This document shows, piece after piece, positions 26,493 through 35,069 of a DNA stretch of 35,123 nt (the first letter of the stretch is position 1; each line of letters begins with the position of its first letter). Location: positions 1 through 35,123 of the IMG/VR virus record IMGVR_UViG_3300038675_000861; one strand, written 5' to 3'. The notes under the pieces are model-generated. The model was not told where the DNA came from. It worked only from the letters and a program-made list of their open reading frames with translations, and made no database searches. The DNA is from a virus. Taxonomy: Duplodnaviria > Caudoviricetes. Made by a program: the position numbers and the translations under genes.

Positions 26493-28045
26493 CAGAAACT
26501 GAACCTCCGGACTTTCACTCTGTTCCTGCCGATATCGTATTCCGAGAAGCGTTCCAGGCATCCAGCCAGAGCATCACAGCCATCGATATAGCCATCAGGA
26601 TAGGTAAGGAACTGACTGATCAGGGTGGGAGTATCCTGTCCCTCTGGGAAAAGCACCTTGGCGGTCTCGATGATGGTCTCGGTTCTCTCAATGCGGAGGT
26701 TCTTGTTGTCCTTGTTATCTATGCGCTTGATTCTATGACTTATAGGTGGCAGATGGTTATCCTGTGCCCACCTGTCAAAGTCAGCCAAGATACGAGCTTG
26801 TCCGTATGTGGTCTCACAGGCAGCTCTGGCTTTCACTCTGTATATCCTATCCAGCTCTTGATAGGCATCATAGTAGTATCGGAAGAACTTGGTGTTCTCA
26901 GTCTGCCGTATCCAGACGTGTATTACATAGAATCTGTTACCATCATAGCCTATGGAGATGATAGCCTTGAAACAGCCTTTCTCTCCCCAAGCAGGATCTG
27001 CATAGAGCCAGACCCGCTTCATCTGAGATGGATCAGGCAGAGATCTATACTTAGTGAACCAGTGGTTCTTGAAGATGTTCCCTTCGATAACCGGCTGCCC
27101 CAGCATCTCTCTTTGATAGCCGGTCAGACCGAACTTGGCTCGCAGGTTGGGCAGAGTGGATGTGGGGTACTGAGCCTCCCAGACAGACTTGCCCTGCTGA
27201 TCTTCGAGCGAGAAGCGCATAATCGCTTTCTGATGCGTCTTTAATGCAATCTGGTATGTAACGTCTAATACTGGATTATCTGCCCGCATTTCGCTTATGA
27301 TGAGCTCCTGGAACTGGCAGATGGAGTAATTGGGGTGCACCAGGTTACCGAGCCAGATGATTCTACCGCCACCCTCAGGTGCCAGTGCCCCGGCAAGTTC
27401 CTGGGAGATCTTCTCCATGCGTCTCTTGCCGATGGACTGGTTACCCATGTTTTCTTCTTTATCGATATCATCACAAACAATCAGTCCAGGTCGCTTAGCT
27501 GTCTTGGGATTGATGGTTCCCCGATGAGACTGTTTTATGCTTCTGGCTCGTATCCTGGCTTTATTCTTGAGATAGAAGTCCAGATCAAAGGTATCCATTG
27601 GTTGCAGCTCCGGATAATCTATGGTGAGCCGCTTATTGTTCTGTAGCTCATGAAGTGTAAACGCTGTGCGTTCCTGTGCCAGATCTATGTCTGCGGCAGT
27701 ATGGATCACATAGCGTTCACCTTTGATGATCATCCAGATGGGATAGACCACTCCCATGAGAACCGTTTTGCCCAGCCCACGAAAACCGGTGATGGCGATG
27801 ATGCCTGAGCCCTTATCAGTTTCATCGAACATAGTCTCATGCGCCGGGCAAAAAGGTAGCGGGAAGATATGCGGAAAATAGGTATGACAGAAGAAAGAGA
27901 AGGCATCCCAACCTGATCCAGTGGTGCGTCTTATCCGTTCTCCCTTGGCTTCGGGATTATCGTCTATAAAAGGCAAGACGGAGATCGTTTTGGATGCGAT
28001 CTCCGCCAGTGCTTTGTTATGCCGCTGGATGAACTTCTTAGGCAT
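26492..28045 (-). CDS. terL: Terminase large subunit
   Basis: FRGLGKT Walker A, LIVCDDID Walker B, YADPA nuclease motif and DGCDAL. Confidence 0.92.
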   Translation of the reverse strand: MPKKFIQRHNKALAEIASKTISVLPFIDDNPEAKGERIRRTTGSGWDAFSFFCHTYFPHIFPLPFCPAHETMFDETDKGSGIIAITGFRGLGKTVLMGVVYPIWMIIKGERYVIHTAADIDLAQERTAFTLHELQNNKRLTIDYPELQPMDTFDLDFYLKNKARIRARSIKQSHRGTINPKTAKRPGLIVCDDIDKEENMGNQSIGKRRMEKISQELAGALAPEGGGRIIWLGNLVHPNYSICQFQELIISEMRADNPVLDVTYQIALKTHQKAIMRFSLEDQQGKSVWEAQYPTSTLPNLRAKFGLTGYQREMLGQPVIEGNIFKNHWFTKYRSLPDPSQMKRVWLYADPAWGEKGCFKAIISIGYDGNRFYVIHVWIRQTENTKFFRYYYDAYQELDRIYRVKARAACETTYGQARILADFDRWAQDNHLPPISHRIKRIDNKDNKNLRIERTETIIETAKVLFPEGQDTPTLISQFLTYPDGYIDGCDALAGCLERFSEYDIGRNRVKVRRFSF

Positions 28046-28187
28046 AACCGGGTAACCCCCCGACGCCCAGGGGGAAGGGCGCTGGGGACCCGGAGGTCGG
28101 AGGACTGACCAGTCCGGGCTGTTGGCTTGGAGGGTAGGTAGGCTTAGGCTGGGGAGGCCTTATGTAGGATGCATAAAAGCTAACCAT
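28038..28187 (-). CDS. Small proline-rich ORF (49 aa) bridging the terminase genes
   Basis: MVSFYASYIRPPQPKPTYPPSQQPGLVSPPTSGSPAPFPLGVGGLPGYA*, overlapping both neighbours by 8 bp; below the ORF-track cutoff. Confidence 0.4.
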   Translation of the reverse strand: MVSFYASYIRPPQPKPTYPPSQQPGLVSPPTSGSPAPFPLGVGGLPGYA

Positions 28188-28629
28188 TTCTTACTCTCAG
28201 ATATTCTGCCAGATCGTGCAGAATGCTTTGGAACTGCTTGAGCAAGGTCTCATGCCCTTTCTCGATCATGAAGTCGGTGACCTGATCCAGGAACTTGACG
28301 ATGTAGTCGTTCAGTTCTTTAGATGGTTGCCGATCCTTCTGATCCTGTTTCATCATGCTCACCAGGCTCTGGATGGCAGTATCGGCAGGGTTCTTGGCAT
28401 ACTCCCGGAGCGCTTGTATGAGTGCCTTCTTGCGGGCAATGGTGATTTCGTGGTCGAGTTGGTTTTCTTCTTTGAAGAGCTCGTCCCACTTGCCGCTCTT
28501 GATCCACTTACGGACGGTGATGTCCGAGACACCGAAGATCACCGCCAGCTCCAGCGGATCGGTCTTGCCGTTCAGATAGGCTTCTTTGCAGTTGTCACGC
28601 TTGATACGGAACTCACGGCTGTTACTCAT
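28180..28629 (-). CDS. Putative terminase small subunit (DUF1804-like HTH)
   Basis: N-terminal HTH (ELAVIFGVSDITVRKW...W), upstream of terL. Confidence 0.7.
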   Translation of the reverse strand: MSNSREFRIKRDNCKEAYLNGKTDPLELAVIFGVSDITVRKWIKSGKWDELFKEENQLDHEITIARKKALIQALREYAKNPADTAIQSLVSMMKQDQKDRQPSKELNDYIVKFLDQVTDFMIEKGHETLLKQFQSILHDLAEYLRVRNG

Positions 28630-28873
28630 ACTCAGGGCGTACCTTGTGCTTTAGCAGATAGAGGTTGAGGTCTTTACCGAAGCAGCGCAGCTGTCCGTTT
28701 TCTTTAGTTCTAAACGCGGGCAGAGGATCGAGGATGTCCCTGATCCAGCGGTAGACGCTGGAACGGTCGACCTTGAGGATATCGGCTATCTCATCGGTGC
28801 GGTAGGTGCGTTCATCCTTGAAAATGTTCATCGTATTCACTTCCTCTGCAGTATTGGTATTCATCGGTGCCAT
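28622..28873 (-). CDS. Excisionase-like HTH DNA-binding protein
   Basis: YRTDEIADILKVDRSSVYRWI...LPAFR...GQLR (alternative start 28831). Confidence 0.8.
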   Translation of the reverse strand: MAPMNTNTAEEVNTMNIFKDERTYRTDEIADILKVDRSSVYRWIRDILDPLPAFRTKENGQLRCFGKDLNLYLLKHKVRPEYE

Positions 28874-28928
28874 TATTCATTCTCCTGTATTTCTTTCAAT
28901 TCGGTTTGCATAAGGATGCCACTCTTTT

Positions 28929-29549
28929 TCAGAGGGCAGGAAAGTTGAGGACGATCTGGCGGTACTGCCCTGACTCGTCACGTTCATAGAAGTTGATGTA
29001 CTGCTTTGTGGATACCACTTGAATGGCCTGGTCGATCAGCTCCATAGCTTCCTTCCAGGTTTTATCCTTGATGTTGTAGCGGCGCAGGCGCAGGATGCGA
29101 TACTTGGCGATCTCGCCTTTCTTATCGACCTGGAAGGCTTCGCTGATGATGGCTCGGAGGTTGACGTTGGAGTCGGCAGACCAGGCCTTGATGCACTCGT
29201 CTATCTTCTGTTTGGCGAGTTGGAGTTCGATCCCGAACTGGATGCGTTCTTTGAACCTGATCTCGACCCGGTACTTGCCGTCAAAGCTGTTGAGGACGGC
29301 ATTGCCCTTCCAATCAAGTCCGTTCTTCTCAGCTACCTGCTGCAGATAAAGCTCCACATCCTCAAAGAACTGGTTCTTGTCCGCTACTATGCGGTCATGC
29401 AGCTTGATAGCCCGGTTGATAGTCTTGGTTACGATGTAGTCCTGCTTGAGAATTTCCGGCCTGATGATCGAGACCGGGATGCTCTGTCCGTTAGCGTCAA
29501 CTTTGGTGGGAATAGGCTTCTTAGCCTTGGGGGTTTTGGGGGTGTCCAT
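28929..29549 (-). CDS. DUF3164-like protein of transposable phages
   Basis: KGNAVLNSFDG, LQLAKQKIDEC, AFQVDKKG and WKEAM; ATG at 29549 with AAGGAG RBS. Confidence 0.8.
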   Translation of the reverse strand: MDTPKTPKAKKPIPTKVDANGQSIPVSIIRPEILKQDYIVTKTINRAIKLHDRIVADKNQFFEDVELYLQQVAEKNGLDWKGNAVLNSFDGKYRVEIRFKERIQFGIELQLAKQKIDECIKAWSADSNVNLRAIISEAFQVDKKGEIAKYRILRLRRYNIKDKTWKEAMELIDQAIQVVSTKQYINFYERDESGQYRQIVLNFPAL

Positions 29550-29970
29550 TAGATGTCTCCTTGTTAGTTGTATTTTTGGCTTTCTTTTCATTCTGTTTGA
29601 TGTAGTTCTGCAGCATAGCTATAACCGCTCTGCGTTCCTTCTTGTTGAGCAGATTCCAGTGAGTTTTGGAATAGTGACTTATCATGAATGCCCGCAGCTG
29701 GGACTCGGTCCAGCCTGCAGTCTTCATGAGATAGAACATATACTTGCCCTGAGCGTCAAAGGTAAAAGCATGGGGTCTGCCATGCTTGCGGTACTTGAGC
29801 AGGAGTGCCTTCAGCTCAGTTAAGCGATCCTCCGGTAAGGCTCTGAGCGATTCACCGTAGCCCAGGCCCTTGATGATGAACCTGAAAGCATCGAGCGGCC
29901 AGTGGAACTTCTTTATCCGGAGGGCATGAATTTCCTGACGTAGTTTCCGTTCCCGCTGTTCCTGAGTCAT
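29521..29970 (-). CDS. GemA/gp16 (DUF1018)-like protein
   Basis: Two helical repeats (IHAL...SLRAL and W...LRAF...L...E...VIAML); position in the early operon. Confidence 0.65.
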   Translation of the reverse strand: MTQEQRERKLRQEIHALRIKKFHWPLDAFRFIIKGLGYGESLRALPEDRLTELKALLLKYRKHGRPHAFTFDAQGKYMFYLMKTAGWTESQLRAFMISHYSKTHWNLLNKKERRAVIAMLQNYIKQNEKKAKNTTNKETSNGHPQNPQG

Positions 29971-29986
29971 AGAATGCCCTCGCTCT

Positions 29987-30523
29987 TTACTTGGGGTTAG
30001 TGGTTTGAGTAGTTTTCTTACTGCGGCTTTTGGGTTGGATGCCGCACTCGGCCCGCTTCTCTCTAATGATGCCTTTCTTGATCACGGAACCGACTTTGAA
30101 GACCATGCCTATGTCCTTGGTATAGTATCCTGACTTGCGGATACCCACCGCATCGACTGAGATCAGAGCTTCCAGGTAGAGATAAGCCCACTGGCGGCTG
30201 CGCTGCATCTTGGCAGCCAACTGCCGGACGCTCTTAATCCGGCTCAGTTCAAGCATTAAGCAGATATCCTGGCAGGCTTTGAGGTCGAATGTCCAGTTGC
30301 CGCAGTGGATGGTTGATACCTTGGCAGCATATCGGCCCCGGTTGGTTACATAGATATCCTCGTATTTGGATATCTTACGGATCACATTGTCTGCGATGAG
30401 CTGATTAAGGCGTTCCTGAACCGCATCCCGGTCTACTCCGGTACATTCACAGATCAGATCTATGTTGAAGTAGCTGACGGAGCGGTCTACGAAGCGGTCG
30501 ATCAGAATGTCTTGCCCATTCAT
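29987..30523 (-). CDS. Hypothetical protein with probable tandem winged-HTH domains
   Basis: ICECTGVDRDAVQERL and SVRQLAAKMQRSRQWAYLYL; ATGA-coupled to the ATPase gene. Confidence 0.65.
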   Translation of the reverse strand: MNGQDILIDRFVDRSVSYFNIDLICECTGVDRDAVQERLNQLIADNVIRKISKYEDIYVTNRGRYAAKVSTIHCGNWTFDLKACQDICLMLELSRIKSVRQLAAKMQRSRQWAYLYLEALISVDAVGIRKSGYYTKDIGMVFKVGSVIKKGIIREKRAECGIQPKSRSKKTTQTTNPK

Positions 30524-31230
30524 AATGCCCCCTGGGTATGGTTCATGGCCTGGATGAGATTGATTTTACCGCTGGATTCAAGCATGTGCATGATCTTGAT
30601 GGCTTTCCTAAGGTTCCCGGCTGCGTTAAAGTGGATATAGTTGACCAGGGACTCCGGGCAGGGGATGTTCATCAGTTCGTTGCCTAACAATCTAATATCG
30701 TCCTTGCTCACCGCTTCAAACTCGTAAAAGTAGTTGCAGCGGTCAAAGTAGTAGGCATTGATCTGGCTGAGCCTGTCCATTGCGTTCTGCATGCCCACCA
30801 GGATCACCACCGCGAGGGTCTCATCTACCAAATCTCTGATCGCTCCGAGTAACTGGGGATAGCGGAAGGCATAATCAATCTCATCGATGATGATGACTGT
30901 CTCCTCATTATTCAGGAGCAGTTGAATACATTGCTTGTAAATATTGTTGGTAGTACCCGCCGGGAGATAATCCCCCATGCCCAGGCTTCGGTACAGGTTC
31001 TGCAGCAGTTCCTTGGCGAAGGTTTTGGGTGTGGTCGTAGCTTCCAGTCTGATATAGACGTAGCCCCGAGTACAGGCGACGCGGCTGGCATAGGTAGTTT
31101 TACCGAGGCCGGGTCTGCCATACAGCATACCCAGTCCCACCATCTCCAGACGGGGACGCTTAAGCAGGAAGTCGATGCACTCATCGGCTTTCTGGACGTT
31201 GTGGATCGGGACAAGTTTTCCTTGCTTCAT
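30520..31230 (-). CDS. MuB/TniB-like AAA+ transposition ATPase
   Basis: GRPGLGKT Walker A, IIIDEID Walker B and GNLR; directly after the transposase. Confidence 0.92.
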   Translation of the reverse strand: MKQGKLVPIHNVQKADECIDFLLKRPRLEMVGLGMLYGRPGLGKTTYASRVACTRGYVYIRLEATTTPKTFAKELLQNLYRSLGMGDYLPAGTTNNIYKQCIQLLLNNEETVIIIDEIDYAFRYPQLLGAIRDLVDETLAVVILVGMQNAMDRLSQINAYYFDRCNYFYEFEAVSKDDIRLLGNELMNIPCPESLVNYIHFNAAGNLRKAIKIMHMLESSGKINLIQAMNHTQGAL

Positions 31231-31240
31231 CTAATCCTCC

Positions 31241-33304
31241 TTATTTGATTCCGATCGTCTTGAGCATTTTCTTGAACTCCTCATCGTCAAAGGGATCGAA
31301 CTCAGTTGATCCTTCGATAACTTCTTGATTTTGATCGTTGGTGGTCTGTTCAGGTTGGCTGGCAGCCATAGCCTGTTCTTGCTCGATTACTATCTGCTCC
31401 AGCCTGGCGATCTCCTCTTCCGGACCCGGGGCGGGAGCCTCGATCATGGGTGATTGTATGAAGGTGGGATTGTGATCGGCTGGGATCTCGTTCATGTAGC
31501 TCATGAGCACCTTATCCACCGACTCCTGATTGTTGCGCACAAAGCTCCGGGTCCGCTGTTCGGTCAGCCGCTGCAGCTTCTTGATCTGGGTGTATTCTTT
31601 ACGGTATTCCTTATGCGACTTGCTGTTCTGCATATCGGCCTGGATGAACGGATGCTGGGTCTGGCGCAGTGAAGCCTGACAGATAAAGACATCCGACTCG
31701 TCATAGACCAGTATCCATCTCGCATCAGCCAGATCGTATCTGATGACCACCGGCTTGCCCATGTGGAAGACCAGATCAGGATGCCAGTACTTAAGCTTGT
31801 TCAGTACGATACCCTCGCTGCGGATGGCTTTGCGTTCTACACTCAGCATCATAAAGTTGAGCCGGGAGGGATTGACCAGCCTATCTTGAGGTTTGGGAGC
31901 CGAGCTGAACACTTCCCAGGGTTTGCGGTTATCCAGTCCCCGGTGGGGAGTGATACCATATACGTATCTGAAATAGTAGCCGATCATCTGCATTGCTTCC
32001 TCAATGGTGGGCGGCTCGCAGGCATAGAGCTTCTTGATCCACTTCTCGTTACGCATCAGAGTGGCGGGTTTGTCAGCTATATCGGCTCCCCGGAAGCTGC
32101 TGATGAAGCGTTCGAACTGCTCCTGGAAGGTCCGGAAGAACCGCTCTATGATCTTGGCTTTGGCATTGTAGCTTTCAGCGAACTGGGCTTTGATCCCCAA
32201 CTTGGGAAAGATGCCGCCCAGTTCCTTGGCCAGGTCATGCCCTTCCCACTGCTCGTGGAACAGCTTGCTTTTGAAGGCCCTGCCATTATCGAGATAGACA
32301 TACTGAGGCAGGGCTCCCCAGTTGAGGAAGCCGTTGCGGAAGGCAGCCTGGATGTGCTGGCTGTCCTCGGTGAAGGCAAGCGTAGCCCCCACCGGATATC
32401 TGGAAGCCCAGTCGAAGACCAGGATCATGGTCATGCGTTGTGCTTTCCCGGTCTTGGGATTGAGGATATCAAAGGCCAGGACATGCCCGTCGGCTACCCA
32501 TACTTCGCCTACGCTTAGTAGTCTGCTATCCCTATGGATGGTCTTTATGATGTGCTCGGCTACGAACTTGCTGCCCTGCCTTGCCTGCTCCCAGATTGCC
32601 AGGTTGTAATCCCGCCATTCTTCAATCCATCTTCTCAGTGTGGGCACTGAACTGGGTGAGTCGATCAGTCCGGACTCGGCTTTGGCTTTCAGGAACTTGA
32701 GAGCGCTGCCGATGCTGATCCGGTTGGGATGCAGCAGGATCGCCAGCAGTACCTTGCCCTCCAGTTCGGTAATCTTGCGCTGCCGCTTCTGATAGCGGTT
32801 GCCATGCAGGAGGGCATACATATCCTGCTCGCTCTCTTCATAGCGTCGCAGCCAGATGCGTAAAGCCCGTTCGGTGCGTTTGCCTTTCAGGGCATAGAGT
32901 TCCGGTGCCAGGGTACCATTATTGTATTCCGCAGTGATCAGTTCCCATTCCCGGCCTTTGGACTCGCTATGCTGAAGCCGTTCCAGCACTGTTGTGCAGA
33001 AGTAGCCCATCAGCTTAGCTTCGTTACCGCATTTGACAGGCACCCGCTCTTGAGGTGTAAAGTCGATGTATTCATCTTCAGGATCGTCCGGAACGCATAA
33101 CTCACTTTCCGGGATGATACTATCATCCGGCTTGGTGATCTTAGCCGGCGGGACAGATGGATCAGGCACCGGTGTAACATTCGGTTTGATCTCCCGGCTC
33201 TTCCCAATCTGGTTAAGCAAATCCTGCTTACCCTTCCAATCGGGATAGATGCTCTGATAAAGCTCCGCGTAGGCCAGAGGATCGATTTCATCATAGATGC
33301 TCAT
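31241..33304 (-). CDS. Mu-like DDE transposase
   Basis: WVADGH (D), YLDNG (D), KIIERFF (E); Mu-transposase C-terminal VVIRYDLAD; GAGGAGG RBS. Confidence 0.93.
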   Translation of the reverse strand: MSIYDEIDPLAYAELYQSIYPDWKGKQDLLNQIGKSREIKPNVTPVPDPSVPPAKITKPDDSIIPESELCVPDDPEDEYIDFTPQERVPVKCGNEAKLMGYFCTTVLERLQHSESKGREWELITAEYNNGTLAPELYALKGKRTERALRIWLRRYEESEQDMYALLHGNRYQKRQRKITELEGKVLLAILLHPNRISIGSALKFLKAKAESGLIDSPSSVPTLRRWIEEWRDYNLAIWEQARQGSKFVAEHIIKTIHRDSRLLSVGEVWVADGHVLAFDILNPKTGKAQRMTMILVFDWASRYPVGATLAFTEDSQHIQAAFRNGFLNWGALPQYVYLDNGRAFKSKLFHEQWEGHDLAKELGGIFPKLGIKAQFAESYNAKAKIIERFFRTFQEQFERFISSFRGADIADKPATLMRNEKWIKKLYACEPPTIEEAMQMIGYYFRYVYGITPHRGLDNRKPWEVFSSAPKPQDRLVNPSRLNFMMLSVERKAIRSEGIVLNKLKYWHPDLVFHMGKPVVIRYDLADARWILVYDESDVFICQASLRQTQHPFIQADMQNSKSHKEYRKEYTQIKKLQRLTEQRTRSFVRNNQESVDKVLMSYMNEIPADHNPTFIQSPMIEAPAPGPEEEIARLEQIVIEQEQAMAASQPEQTTNDQNQEVIEGSTEFDPFDDEEFKKMLKTIGIK

Positions 33305-33617
33305 GCTTGTCCTCCTCGCTGTATTTGTAGATCAAAGCGCTATGCAGGTCTTTGCCATCTACCTGGAGAGTGATCTCAATGAAGCCGGCAGGTACTATGT
33401 TCCTGGTCCGGCAGTCCGCCATCTCCTTTATATATAGGGAAGGTTCGGTCAGCAGGAAGGTCTTCATGACCTTGTAACCGTCCTGCTCAACCAGATGCTT
33501 ATGCACTTCAATCCGATTGCGCTTGATATAGCGCCATACGGTACGGGTGGAGCAGTTCATCAGCTCCGCCGCCCGCTCTATGGTCAGCCAGACTGACCTT
33601 ATCTTGTTCTTGCTCAT
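33291..33617 (-). CDS. HTH DNA-binding protein upstream of the transposase (ORF extends in frame to 33887)
   Basis: WLTIERAAELMNCSTRTVWRYIK; ATG at 33617 has GAGG, the alternative ATG at 33887 has GGGAGG. Confidence 0.75.
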   Translation of the reverse strand: MSKNKIRSVWLTIERAAELMNCSTRTVWRYIKRNRIEVHKHLVEQDGYKVMKTFLLTEPSLYIKEMADCRTRNIVPAGFIEITLQVDGKDLHSALIYKYSEEDKHEHL

Positions 33618-33651
33618 GTTCAGCCTCTGCCAATATTCTTCAACTACAGGT

Positions 33652-33841
33652 AAAACCACTGTGACACCTCCGTTCCGGTGGCGTGTCACAGTGGTTGGAT
33701 AATCTGTCACAGTGGTGCCCTTTTTCAGTCCTGGCGATCTGTCACAGCGTTCAACATATCTACTGATCAGCATCGGCAGCTTTTTTCTCCGATCGGAAGG
33801 GTGTGTGACACCTGTCACAGAGGTCGGTGTGTCACAGTGGT
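33652..33841. repeat. Cluster of seven TGTCACA(GTGG) motifs in both orientations (operator/enhancer-like)
   Basis: Cores near 33659, 33684, 33705, 33740, 33803, 33813 and 33830; perfect 14 bp inverted repeat 33654..33667 / 33683..33696. Confidence 0.8.
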
Positions 33842-34033
33842 CGTCCTTGACCCTATTATCTCCTGGCTCGTAAGTAGTCGCTTTCATAAGCGCCTCCCAT
33901 TAGTTAATGTTGGGTGCTACATTACTGCATCGCAATAACTTGGGAAGTCCTTTCTGCTTCTTCCGAGCACCTTTGCAAACTTGCTGATCCCATTGGAAGA
34001 ATCCGCTGCCGAGTCACACTATGTAATTTTGTC

Positions 34034-34061
34034 TTGACAGAAAAGATAGACAATTTATCTT
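34034..34061 (+). promoter_or_regulatory. Putative repressor promoter (Pc-like)
   Basis: TTGACA, 16 bp, TATCTT. Confidence 0.55.
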
Positions 34062-34073
34062 ATCTACGGATGC

Positions 34074-34102
34074 ATAATATTACCCATACGGCAAATGGTC
34101 AA
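34074..34102 (-). promoter_or_regulatory. Putative early promoter (Pe-like)
   Basis: Minus strand TTGACC, 17 bp, TATTAT. Confidence 0.65.
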
Positions 34103-34116
34103 TGAATATCTTGACC
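34097..34116. promoter_or_regulatory. Palindromic candidate repressor operator
   Basis: GGTCAA-N8-TTGACC overlapping the early promoter -35. Confidence 0.45.
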
Positions 34117-34130
34117 TTATAGGAGGAAAA

Positions 34131-34859
34131 ATGGACCCCAACGATATCGGCAGCAGGCTGGCAATGCTGATCAAAGCAATGAATTTGAAGCAATATCAGT
34201 TCACCGAAAAATTTGGTATTTCTGCCAATTCTTTGGACCGCTACAAGAACAATGAGAGGTATCCGGACCCTCAGTTTCTGACCAGATTGATTGATGCCGG
34301 AGTGAATGTGAACTGGCTGCTAAGAGGGGAAGGCAGCATGTTCATCCTGGCTCCCTGGGAACTCGGACCGGATGTCAGAACCACCAAGAAAGTGCAGATC
34401 GTAGATGGCAAACCGGTCTTAATGAATGATTTTGATACCACTTACGTGCGGACTTCAATCTTCCCGATTGTAGCGGAAATATCCGCTGGACCTCTTCTTG
34501 AAGTTCCGGAAGGCATAGAGCCGGCGGAATCAGTCGAAGTACCCACTCGCTATATTCCCTATGGCACTGACAGCTATGTAGCCTTTCGCATCAATGGACA
34601 GAGCATGGAACCGCAGATCCTGCACGAAGACATAGTCTTAATCAAGAAGCAAGTCACTTGGGAGGGCACGAATGGGAAGATATGTGCAGTGCGTTACGAG
34701 ACTGGTATCACCTTGAAAAGAATACACTTCGATGAGACACATAAAGGAATCGCCCTCCAACCCCTCAATAAAGACTTTCGAATCGAGTTCATAGACGCTG
34801 ATCAGAGTCAGTGGCTCACGCTGATAGGCACTTTGGCACTTCAGTTACGATTCTATTAA
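34131..34859 (+). CDS. cI/LexA-type repressor (XRE HTH plus S24 peptidase)
   Basis: AGGAGG RBS before ATG 34131; HTH, Ala-Gly site (ISAG), GQSMEP serine and TLKR lysine. Confidence 0.92.
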   Translation: MDPNDIGSRLAMLIKAMNLKQYQFTEKFGISANSLDRYKNNERYPDPQFLTRLIDAGVNVNWLLRGEGSMFILAPWELGPDVRTTKKVQIVDGKPVLMNDFDTTYVRTSIFPIVAEISAGPLLEVPEGIEPAESVEVPTRYIPYGTDSYVAFRINGQSMEPQILHEDIVLIKKQVTWEGTNGKICAVRYETGITLKRIHFDETHKGIALQPLNKDFRIEFIDADQSQWLTLIGTLALQLRFY

Positions 34860-34899
34860 ATGAGATAAATATTTCAAAAAATCTGATGTTTTGAAAATA

Positions 34900-35069
34900 A
34901 CCTAAAACGAGGGCAAAATTGAAGGAATCGTGATATCGAAACGTCCAGAAACGTCCAAAAACCACTGTGACACAGTCTAAAGCCAGTCCTATCTAACTCC
35001 GCATCCTATAAACCTTTAAGACCTCTGTGACATGTGATATCGATTTGAAGATTTGGGTGAGAACTTATA
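34900..35069. repeat. Right-end region with degenerate end repeats, a 10 bp tandem repeat and two CTGTGACA motifs
   Basis: GTGATATCGA at 34930 and 35034; GAAACGTCCA x2 (34938..34957); CTGTGACA near 34965 and 35025. Confidence 0.65.

Larger units (their letters stand above)
258..35069. mobile_element. Mu-like transposable prophage (siphovirus-type), apparently complete
   Basis: Repressor, DDE transposase, AAA ATPase, terminase, portal, capsid, tail and lysis genes, bounded by a direct repeat and degenerate inverted termini starting TATA. Confidence 0.9.

Noticed and set aside
31763-32518. 251 aa plus-strand ORF and similar ORFs antisense to core phage genes
   Set aside because: Antisense shadows of well-supported genes, with no motifs.
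33291-33304. Programmed frameshift fusing the HTH gene to the transposase
   Set aside because: The frames are offset +1, there is no slippery heptamer, and the transposase has its own strong RBS.
33804-33819. CRP site (TGTGA-N6-TCACA)
   Set aside because: More simply explained as two inverted copies of the local TGTCACA motif; the other copies lack CRP spacing.
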